IMG/VR virus record: IMGVR_UViG_3300046694_000136
Coordinates: 62,001-126,000 of that record
DNA: 64,000 bases
Strand: one strand, 5' to 3'
Part shown: positions 45,297 through 53,417 of the stretch, one piece after another
How the letters are laid out: the number at the start of each line of letters is the position of its first letter
Position numbering within the stretch: position 1 is the first letter of the stretch
Program-made: the position numbers and the translations under genes
The notes under the pieces: model-generated
Seen by the model: the letters and a program-made list of their open reading frames with translations, nothing else
Told to the model about the DNA's origin: nothing
Databases searched by the model: none

Positions 45297-46307
45297 ATGA
45301 GTCAGGAAAACGCAATGCAAGACGATATCGTTATCGACGAGAACGAAGAGTTCGTCGCACCTGAATCCAGCCACATCGAGCTGGTCTTCCAAGCCCTCGG
45401 TGACACTGTCAATGCCGTTGCTGGTACCGAAGGTCTGACCACCGCTCAACTGTACTTCCACGGCGTTCTGAACGCGTCTGGCCAGCTGAGCTACACCGAC
45501 TCGGTCTCCGGTGCTGAAGGCTTCTTCGCCAACGTGAAAGAAGGTGCTTCCAAAGCCATCGCTTACATCAAGAAGATGGTCAAGGAAATCTGGGGCTTCT
45601 TCTTCAAGAAGCAAGGTCCGGAAGAAGCCAAGGCTGTTAAGGAAGCTGTTGCTGGTACCGCTGCCGACCTCGCCAACGTCGAGAAAGTCAAATCCGGCCT
45701 GAAGAGCGCCGCTGGTTCCGACTCGAAAGAGCTGGTTGAACACATCAGTAAGGCGAGCACCATCGCTGAACTGAACACCGTGTCGAAAGACGTGGCGAAG
45801 AAGAACACCAAGGCTCAGCAAGGTCTGGTCGTCAAGATCAACCAACTGGTTGAATCGCTGGAAGCCGAAGTCAAGCTGGCTGAAGAAGTCGAAACCGAAG
45901 CCAAGAAGTCCGGCGAAGCAGGTTACACCGCTTGGGCATCGGGCGTGAAAGGCGGCGTGTCGGGTACTCAGTCCCTGATCACCACCCTGAAAGGTATTCG
46001 CGATCTGGCTGACCTGAAGGCTGCTGAAGACACCCTCGGTGCACTGAAGTCTCACGTCGAGATCATCAGCCGCGCTCTGGAAGCCTCCGGCGGTACCGAA
46101 TCCCGCGTTCAGGGCATGATCGACACCCTGTCCACCCTGGATGGCAACAACTCCGCCAGCGACGAACAGAAGAAGCAAGGCGACGACAACCTGAAAGCTC
46201 TCCAGCTTTTCGTTAAGTCGGCTGCTCGCTACTCTGCTCTCCTGAAGCGCACCCTTTCCCATATGAAATCTGTCAACACTGCCACCGGCAAAGTGTTCGG
46301 CGTTTAA
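45297..46307 (+). CDS. Internal head protein, processed (paralog A)
   Basis: Acidic propeptide with VAGTE and VSGAE sites, YIKKM...W.FFFK helix. Confidence 0.72.
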   Translation: MSQENAMQDDIVIDENEEFVAPESSHIELVFQALGDTVNAVAGTEGLTTAQLYFHGVLNASGQLSYTDSVSGAEGFFANVKEGASKAIAYIKKMVKEIWGFFFKKQGPEEAKAVKEAVAGTAADLANVEKVKSGLKSAAGSDSKELVEHISKASTIAELNTVSKDVAKKNTKAQQGLVVKINQLVESLEAEVKLAEEVETEAKKSGEAGYTAWASGVKGGVSGTQSLITTLKGIRDLADLKAAEDTLGALKSHVEIISRALEASGGTESRVQGMIDTLSTLDGNNSASDEQKKQGDDNLKALQLFVKSAARYSALLKRTLSHMKSVNTATGKVFGV

Positions 46308-46317
46308 GGAGTCCTCG

Positions 46318-47361
46318 ATGGACGAAGTAATGAGCGAAGACGAACTGAGCATGGAAGTGGCTATCCCTGCTCCGGAACACATCGAAACCATCCTCGACGG
46401 CGTCAGCGACTCCCTCGACCAGGTGGCGGGTACCGAAAGCTTGACCAACGCACAGGTTTACCTGGGTTCGGTTCTGGCTGCCAACGGTTACATCCGCAAG
46501 AACCAGGTTGGTCAGGAAGGCTTCTTGGCGAAAGCCGGTGAAGGTTTCAAAGCCGCTGTTGCCTACGTCAAGAAGATGTTCACCAACCTCTGGGACTTCT
46601 TCTTCAAGCGTGACGCACCGAAGCTGGTAGCTGAGGCCAAGGAAGAGGTCAAGGCTGCTGAAGACGCCCTCAAGGTCATCGAGTCCGGCGGTAGCAACGA
46701 GAAAGAAACCACTGAAGCGCTGACCAACATGCGCAAAGTGATTCTGGCTCTGAGCCACGAACCTGACACCAACAAGTCTGCTCTGGATCAGATCCTGAAA
46801 GAAGCGGACGAAGCGATGAAGGGCGATCAAGCCAAGAAGAAAGCTGCCGTTCTCATGATCGGTCGTGAACTTCCGAAGCTGAACAAGCGCTCGACTACCG
46901 CCATGAAGAAACGTGTCGACGACATGGTTCGTGTCCTGGTTGCGACCGAGAAGGCTGTCGACGCTGTTATCGACAAAGGCGAAGGTGTCAACGCTGCTTC
47001 GATCGAAAGGGTCTACGGCGCCAAGCTGAAGTCTGAGAAAGGTGAAATCGCTGGTGTCCTTGCCAAGTTCCAAAAGGCCAGTAGCGAAACCACTCCGGCT
47101 AACCTGAAGGACTGCTACACGTACACCTCGCAATCCATTGAAGCGGCAAGCCGTGCGCACACATCGCTGAAAGAGGGCGAGACCTCCATCAAGGCTGAAA
47201 TCGCCAAGCTGGAAGCCGGTGAGGAGTCTACTCTCAAGAGTAGTGTTCAAGACCTCAAACGTCTGCTGAGTTCGGTTACCTCTTTGGCCCAAGTGACCAA
47301 GGAACTGCTGGGCTCCAGCCGTCAGTTGCTGAAAACCGGTAACAAGGCTTTCGGCTACTAA
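46318..47361 (+). CDS. Internal head protein, processed (paralog B)
   Basis: VAGTE, VGQE, YVKKM...W.FFFK; N-terminus aligns with paralog A. Confidence 0.72.
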   Translation: MDEVMSEDELSMEVAIPAPEHIETILDGVSDSLDQVAGTESLTNAQVYLGSVLAANGYIRKNQVGQEGFLAKAGEGFKAAVAYVKKMFTNLWDFFFKRDAPKLVAEAKEEVKAAEDALKVIESGGSNEKETTEALTNMRKVILALSHEPDTNKSALDQILKEADEAMKGDQAKKKAAVLMIGRELPKLNKRSTTAMKKRVDDMVRVLVATEKAVDAVIDKGEGVNAASIERVYGAKLKSEKGEIAGVLAKFQKASSETTPANLKDCYTYTSQSIEAASRAHTSLKEGETSIKAEIAKLEAGEESTLKSSVQDLKRLLSSVTSLAQVTKELLGSSRQLLKTGNKAFGY

Positions 47362-47373
47362 GTTGCAAACCTG

Positions 47374-47410
47374 TACCCCTACCCCGAGCCTTCCGGCCGG
47401 GGTAGGGGTT
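47374..47410. terminator. Bidirectional terminator
   Basis: ACCCCTACCCCG...CGGGGTAGGGGT. Confidence 0.82.
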
Positions 47411-47418
47411 ATGGCTGC

Positions 47419-49239
47419 TTATGCTGCTTCGTTGAAGAACTCTTGGTTAGTGAACTTCTTGCGAGGTTTCTTACCGGCTTTGATATCTACCAGCAATTCT
47501 TCCTTGCCTTGTTCTTTCATGATGCGTTCAAACACTTCTTGAATCTTGTCAGCTTCTGGGAACCCGAACAATGAGTTACACAGACCAATAGCGTTAGCCT
47601 CAGCACTACTTGCAAAGTTAACACCGATCTCACGGAACTTGTTAGCATCCGCCCCTTGAATAACCACAGTCTCAACTTGAGTCGTACGGTTACTCACGTT
47701 ACCTGCCAAACCACCGTGAGGATAAGCGCCCTCAACGTCGATGTCATCGTTCATCCGACGACCCTGACTGATAACGTCCAGAAGCCCCTCAAAGATCGCA
47801 TAACCAACGCTAGCGTTCTTCTCAGTGTCGAGGAGGGCAATCCAGTTCTTAAGCGTAGGAAGCTGTTCTGTGAAGCTTGTGTCACGTTTGCTCGGAGTAC
47901 TGCCCCACACAAAGCCATTATCCCGAGCTACGAAGCTAATCGTGTCAGAAATAACCTTAGGCTGAGATGAGTAGTTAAAGAACTCAGAGTACTTGAGCAA
48001 CATCCCCAACGACAGTGTCAAGTCATTTGTCTTATCGTTGATGTATTCAATAACCCAGTTGTCGCAGATGCAATAACTGGAGTACAGATACGGATACTTC
48101 TTCTGCATGTAACGGTGCCACTGAGGAGAGCCCGGCAACAAGTGAGCGCCTTCTTCGGTGTACAGCTTACCACTCACCCCTACAGCTTTGGCACAACCTT
48201 CCAGTGACGTATCAGGCTGCTTGCCATCCACAGGCTGACGTTTGATACAGAAGAAGGACATGTAGTCGACCCACTTCCACTTCGCCATGCAGCGAACCGT
48301 TGGCCACTTCTCTTGAGGGTCCAGCGGACTACTACTACCGTCTTCCTTGATCTTGTGAGTCCGACCCAAGTCCAGTTTGTAGAAACGGAACTCTTGAGGG
48401 ATAGATGGATCGCAGTAAGCATCATCGAGGTTATAACCCTCGTTAGCCAACGCACGTTCCATTGCCTTCATGTCGTATTCAGCGTTCCAGCTAGTGATCC
48501 AGTCAGGACCCCACTCGTGGAACTTGTCCAGCATCGCTTTAGCTACTTGACCCGGAGTGTCAAAGAGCTCATAAACGATTTCAGCAACCTTACGTTCGAT
48601 CTTGTGTTTCGCTAAATACTTGTCTTCGGATTCTCGTAACCGTGCAATGATTTCTTCATCACTAGGTTGTCGTCCATCCGCTTCCTTGTAGAACCCACGA
48701 ACCCCTGCGAAGTACACCCGATGCTTCATGGTCAAAGCGGCCATGATCATAGGACGAGTGGCATCGTCTTCCCACTCCATATCTGCTTCAACGTCGAATG
48801 ACGCAACAGAGTAAGGTTCCTTCTCTTGGTATTCCCCGTACTTCTTAAAGAACGCATATTTAACGTGAACAGGTGGGGTCTGGTCCAAACCAAATACAAA
48901 CTGGTTGTTCGACACATCACGAATGTTTGCTTTGTAATCCAAAGCCCCGTAGATCTGTTTCTTAACCATCGATGCGATCTGGCAACGAGGAAGTCTGTAC
49001 TCCCGAACCGCACTCTGTTCGATGTAATCTTTATGTTGCTCGAACTTCCGACGCTCTGGTTTTACGATCCACACCGGCTGCTTGTAATTCTTGATTGCAA
49101 TGAAAGAATCGCTACGAGTCTGATCTTCGTGAATGTTGGTAATCTTGACACAGGTCAGGTCGTCTCTAGACACCTTACTTACTGAGTAAGTGGCGTTTTT
49201 ACAAACCTTGGCGATGATTGGTGAAGTGTTCTCGGTCAT
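47419..49239 (-). CDS. Split family-B DNA polymerase, 3'-5' exonuclease plus motif A part (phiKZ gp82-like)
   Basis: ExoI FDVE, ExoII WNAEYD, ExoIII YCICD, motif A DIDVEGAYPH. Confidence 0.87.
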   Translation of the reverse strand: MTENTSPIIAKVCKNATYSVSKVSRDDLTCVKITNIHEDQTRSDSFIAIKNYKQPVWIVKPERRKFEQHKDYIEQSAVREYRLPRCQIASMVKKQIYGALDYKANIRDVSNNQFVFGLDQTPPVHVKYAFFKKYGEYQEKEPYSVASFDVEADMEWEDDATRPMIMAALTMKHRVYFAGVRGFYKEADGRQPSDEEIIARLRESEDKYLAKHKIERKVAEIVYELFDTPGQVAKAMLDKFHEWGPDWITSWNAEYDMKAMERALANEGYNLDDAYCDPSIPQEFRFYKLDLGRTHKIKEDGSSSPLDPQEKWPTVRCMAKWKWVDYMSFFCIKRQPVDGKQPDTSLEGCAKAVGVSGKLYTEEGAHLLPGSPQWHRYMQKKYPYLYSSYCICDNWVIEYINDKTNDLTLSLGMLLKYSEFFNYSSQPKVISDTISFVARDNGFVWGSTPSKRDTSFTEQLPTLKNWIALLDTEKNASVGYAIFEGLLDVISQGRRMNDDIDVEGAYPHGGLAGNVSNRTTQVETVVIQGADANKFREIGVNFASSAEANAIGLCNSLFGFPEADKIQEVFERIMKEQGKEELLVDIKAGKKPRKKFTNQEFFNEAA

Positions 49240-49319
49240 TTCCTAGTTCCGCATTTTATGCCTACTTGGACGCTATAATGATAGCCATCTGAGTCACTTT
49301 TTACTCTGGAGCATCTTTC

Positions 49320-50693
49320 ATGATCGACATGGATTTTCTTGTTCGCAAAGAACAAGTGGCTGGTCTGGAGTTTATGAACTTCCAGAACGATTCGTTTTAC
49401 GTAACATTGGTAAGCATCCTTAAAGAGCACCTCAGCTACGCAACCAAGGTCCCGGTGCTCCAGAAGACTGTACAGGAACCCCTGCTTAAAGTTCTGAAAG
49501 ACTATACTGGTTTCGAGAACATCAACGTCAAGTTCATGGAGGATAACAACCTCTACATGGACACCGGTTACTTCTCCCCTGGTCACGTTATCAACATCAA
49601 AGGTGTTGAGTACTGGCTGGACAGCACCGATACCACTATCTACCGTTGGTTCACCCAGAACAAGGACAAGATCTTTAAAGGGTCTGTGGACTACAAGACG
49701 GGCAAGGTAGCAGGTTCGTTCTGCACCATTCCTCTGGAGCTGGGGATCAACGTTAACGTCAGTGAATACTTCGGGGTTAAAGAAACCGAGAAGTGGAAAG
49801 TAACCACTGAAGATTTGTTGGCTGGTGGTATTGTACATGAAATGGGTCATGCGTTCAGCGGGTGCATGATGATGGCAACAGCGTTCAGTGACAACATCGT
49901 TGCTCAAGCCTCCATTGCTGCGTACCGTAACTGCAAGCGTGACGAGGACCGTGTGGTAGTGCTGAAAGATTCGGCTACACTGCTGGGTCTCAAGACACCT
50001 AAAGCTGATGAGCTGATCGAGTTCGCTAAACAGGCTAACGACGAATCCTTCTTGATGTACTACACCAAGATGACCGCTCAGCGTAACAACCAGCGTGCCC
50101 TCTCGGTAGGTGTAGCTGAGATGACCTCAGAGGTCGCTGCTGACATGTACGCCATCCGTATGGGTTGCAGCAAGGGTATCGTGGCGGCTGTCGGTGTTCT
50201 CACTTCCCGTGGTGTTATCGCGTCGTTCATGAGCAACTTACTCATGAGTACCATGGCAGGGATCTGGTTAGCTTATGCTGCTGCATTGCCACCACTTCTG
50301 TTGGGCGGGGTTGTAAGCGCACCTGTTCTGATTGGTGCAATGGCCATTGGCTTCACGCTCAGTTTCACGTTGAACTACTTTGCTCCTTCTTATTCTGGTG
50401 TGTACAACTCGGATGCTCGTCGTCTGGAAGACGCTGTCCGTCAGTTGATCGCCAAGCTGAAGGAATGCAAGGGCATGCCAGCTCCTGAAAAGAGCAAGCT
50501 GTCCGCTGAGATCGGTCAACTGCTGAAGGTTCTTGAACAGAACCGTACTTGGTTCGACAACACTGTTATTTACCGTGCTATGGGCTGGGTGTTCTCAGGG
50601 AGTGACTTTAAGCTCCGTGAAATCGAACACTACACTCAAGCGCTCAACAACAATGAAATGACTGTTCTGGCTGAACGTCTGAAAGGAGTTTGA
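49320..50693 (+). CDS. Virion protein with zincin HExxH motif and hydrophobic segments
   Basis: VAGLE processing-type site, HEMGH, EVAADMYA, long apolar stretch at about aa 305-355. Confidence 0.68.
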   Translation: MIDMDFLVRKEQVAGLEFMNFQNDSFYVTLVSILKEHLSYATKVPVLQKTVQEPLLKVLKDYTGFENINVKFMEDNNLYMDTGYFSPGHVINIKGVEYWLDSTDTTIYRWFTQNKDKIFKGSVDYKTGKVAGSFCTIPLELGINVNVSEYFGVKETEKWKVTTEDLLAGGIVHEMGHAFSGCMMMATAFSDNIVAQASIAAYRNCKRDEDRVVVLKDSATLLGLKTPKADELIEFAKQANDESFLMYYTKMTAQRNNQRALSVGVAEMTSEVAADMYAIRMGCSKGIVAAVGVLTSRGVIASFMSNLLMSTMAGIWLAYAAALPPLLLGGVVSAPVLIGAMAIGFTLSFTLNYFAPSYSGVYNSDARRLEDAVRQLIAKLKECKGMPAPEKSKLSAEIGQLLKVLEQNRTWFDNTVIYRAMGWVFSGSDFKLREIEHYTQALNNNEMTVLAERLKGV

Positions 50694-50696
50694 CCC

Positions 50697-51140
50697 ATGT
50701 CTCATCTTAAACGAGTTATCGCTTTCCGTGGTTATCTGGTCGACCACGGCATCACCTGCAACAAGAATCAGACCAAGGCGACCGAAGAAGCGTTCATCCG
50801 TGCACTGATCCAGTACAACTGCAAGATGAACAACACCTTCCATTTCGGTAACAACGCCGAAGAAACCATCTGGGAACAGATGGATACCTGGAACTCGGTG
50901 TTCCCAATCAACGCCCGCTTCATCCTCGAGTCGGCCAAGAACCGTCTGGCGGAGATGCACAAGGAACTGTGCCGTACCGGTACCTTGGCGTCGAGTAACT
51001 TGTACGAAGTCGTGTTCGACGTTGAAACCCACAACGCTGAAGGCAACGTGGTTCCTTCCAAGTTCGTAGCGACCGACAACGATCTGTTCACCGATCTGGT
51101 TGGCTATCTCTACAAAGAACTGGTAGGTCACCATGAATAA
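50697..51140 (+). CDS. Probable virion protein
   Basis: 147 aa, AAGGAG RBS, structural operon. Confidence 0.68.
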   Translation: MSHLKRVIAFRGYLVDHGITCNKNQTKATEEAFIRALIQYNCKMNNTFHFGNNAEETIWEQMDTWNSVFPINARFILESAKNRLAEMHKELCRTGTLASSNLYEVVFDVETHNAEGNVVPSKFVATDNDLFTDLVGYLYKELVGHHE

Positions 51141-52653
51141 CAGTCCTCTGAACGCGTACCTGCAAAAGAGCGACCCGGTCGATCAGTGGAAACCAGGTGA
51201 AGGTGGACAGCTGGTCGATCTGGATGAGTTCTACGCCGAAACGGATCAAGATAAAGCAGACTTCATGGTTCAGGGTACCGAGTCGTTCTCCCTGAACCGT
51301 CTGGACCGTAAGCTGGCCAGCATCTTGGGTATCGAGTCGTATACCCAGATGGACTCTCACGCTTCTGAGCGTAATGCACTCTTGGGTGCTGAGGGTTTCT
51401 TCTCGGTGTTGTATGAAGGCTTCCAAAGCTTCATCGAAAATATCATCAAGTACATCCGTATGGCCATCGACTGGGTGGCCAACACTGTTAAGGGGATCTT
51501 CGGTTTCCGTAAGAGTGAGCGGATCGAAAAGGCGATCGACAGTAAGCTGGGTAACCTGAAGACTGAGTTCGAGCAAACCTTGAACGGTCTGGGCTTCCCG
51601 GGTGGTAACTACACTCTGGAGAAGTTCATAGGTACTCTGCCTAACGGTATTGACCGAGTGGGTCAGTTGACGGTCATGAAGACCAAGTTCGAATCCGACA
51701 AGGAAGCGATCGAAGGCCTGGGTGCGTCGATACCGCTGTTCCAGCAGACCATTGCTGAGCTGACCAAAAGCTCGAACAAAGCGGTCAAGTCTTTCAATGA
51801 CTTCAAACGCATGATTCAAGAAGAGTACCAAAAGACTCGTGTACGTCGGGTCAAAGGTGAGGGTGTTGACTTCGCTCAGTCTCCTGAAGTAGCCCGTATC
51901 CTGAAAGGCTGCGCTGAAACCACTCTGGCTGTCTCCAGCGCCACTGTGGTCCCACTTGTGGCTGAACTGCTGGGCTCGCTGTACAAGGTGACCTTCAGCA
52001 ACGATGAGCTGACCAACGGCTTTGCTGACGTTCGTAAGCGCTTGGACCAAATGGTTCAATTGGAATCGGTGAAACTCAGCCAAGGTAACGCGACTCAGCT
52101 GATGACCACTATCCAAGGTCTGAACGCTCACTACGCCAATGTTGCGGATAACTCCATCGACATGTCAGGTATCAACCTGAGGCAGTTGGGTACCGCCATT
52201 GACAAGAGCGATGCTGACAAGATCAAGGCCATGGGTGATTACTACAATGCACCTATGATCGTGGCTGAATACCAAGCGGTAGCGCTGGCTGTACGTAACT
52301 ACACCCAGTTCTGTCAGTTGGTGACTCGTCAGCTGTCGATGGTCGGCCGTCAGATCGACAACCTGGTCCGTTGGCATGCCCGGGGTTACCTGTGGTTCTA
52401 CCACGCTCTGCTGGATGACCTTCAGAAGCTGCGTGAACTGAACCTCGAAGCCAAGCAGCAAGGTCACAACCCGATGATGGGTCCTGACGGTACACCGGCT
52501 GTCAAGTTCGAGTTCATTGACGAGGCGGACGCCAAGACCTTCATGGAGAAGTTCGGGGGTACCTCCCAGGAGATTATCGATAAGGATATCGGGAACCTCA
52601 AAACTATTTACAACAACCTTGTTAAAGAAACTGGGATGGGAAGAACGATATGA
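51133..52653 (+). CDS. Internal head protein, processed
   Basis: QGTE, LGIE and LGAE sites in an acidic N-terminus, followed by an amphipathic helix. Confidence 0.7.
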   Translation: MNNSPLNAYLQKSDPVDQWKPGEGGQLVDLDEFYAETDQDKADFMVQGTESFSLNRLDRKLASILGIESYTQMDSHASERNALLGAEGFFSVLYEGFQSFIENIIKYIRMAIDWVANTVKGIFGFRKSERIEKAIDSKLGNLKTEFEQTLNGLGFPGGNYTLEKFIGTLPNGIDRVGQLTVMKTKFESDKEAIEGLGASIPLFQQTIAELTKSSNKAVKSFNDFKRMIQEEYQKTRVRRVKGEGVDFAQSPEVARILKGCAETTLAVSSATVVPLVAELLGSLYKVTFSNDELTNGFADVRKRLDQMVQLESVKLSQGNATQLMTTIQGLNAHYANVADNSIDMSGINLRQLGTAIDKSDADKIKAMGDYYNAPMIVAEYQAVALAVRNYTQFCQLVTRQLSMVGRQIDNLVRWHARGYLWFYHALLDDLQKLRELNLEAKQQGHNPMMGPDGTPAVKFEFIDEADAKTFMEKFGGTSQEIIDKDIGNLKTIYNNLVKETGMGRTI

Positions 52654-53357
52654 GTCCTGAACTGCGTGAATTTAAAGCCAATGCAATGGCTGAACTGGTA
52701 AGCCTCAAGGAGATCGGTGTAGCGGTCACCAAGAAGCTGGAAGGTCCTGTTGAGATCACCGAGGCTTACAGCATCGTTGATAAGCTGTGGTTGCCTGCTG
52801 AAGCCAACCGCCTCAAGACCGAGCTGTCCGGTGAGTTCCCTGATCGTAACGGCAGTGTCATCCTGAACTCGCCTTTGACCGGTGAAACGTCTCTGTTGCT
52901 GGAAGTGCCTAAGACTCTCGAGTTCATGGCCAAAGCCTTCCCGGAGATCATCCTCAAGGTCAACGAGATCTACGCTCAGATCAACAACCTGGGTATCAAC
53001 AACCAGGAAGCGATCGACAAGTACAACAGTTTCCGTAAGGAGCCGGCTAAGTTCGCTGACTTCGTGCAGGACCTGTGGTATCCGGACAGCGACTCGTTGC
53101 AGAACGGTACCGTCAAGACATGGAAGGACATCGGTCGTGACAGCTATCGCGTCGAGAACGGCGACTACCTGCTGATGGTAGATTACGGTGAAGTTATCCG
53201 TAAGTCTCAGGACCATTTGAAAGAATGTCTCCTGGACACCCTCGTCTCTCAGGACATGCGTCTGGGTGATGTGGACTACCGTGCAGAGCAACTGATCGGG
53301 ATGATTGAAATGATCGGTCTGTTCTCTGATTACCTCAGCGAAGTAGATCTGGGCTAA
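52650..53357 (+). CDS. Hypothetical protein (structural operon)
   Basis: 235 aa, ATGA coupling. Confidence 0.7.
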   Translation: MSPELREFKANAMAELVSLKEIGVAVTKKLEGPVEITEAYSIVDKLWLPAEANRLKTELSGEFPDRNGSVILNSPLTGETSLLLEVPKTLEFMAKAFPEIILKVNEIYAQINNLGINNQEAIDKYNSFRKEPAKFADFVQDLWYPDSDSLQNGTVKTWKDIGRDSYRVENGDYLLMVDYGEVIRKSQDHLKECLLDTLVSQDMRLGDVDYRAEQLIGMIEMIGLFSDYLSEVDLG

Positions 53358-53368
53358 CACCTTAAACA

Positions 53369-53405
53369 GCTACCCTACCCAGCCCGTAAGGCTGGGTAGG
53401 GTAGT
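53369..53405. terminator. Bidirectional terminator
   Basis: CTACCCTACCCAGCC-CGTAA-GGCTGGGTAGGGTAG. Confidence 0.85.
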
Positions 53406-53417
53406 ATGTGTGTTACA

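Noticed and set aside
49236-49907. 223 aa reverse ORF abutting the polymerase start
   Set aside because: Antisense to the HExxH virion gene and spans the divergent promoter gap.
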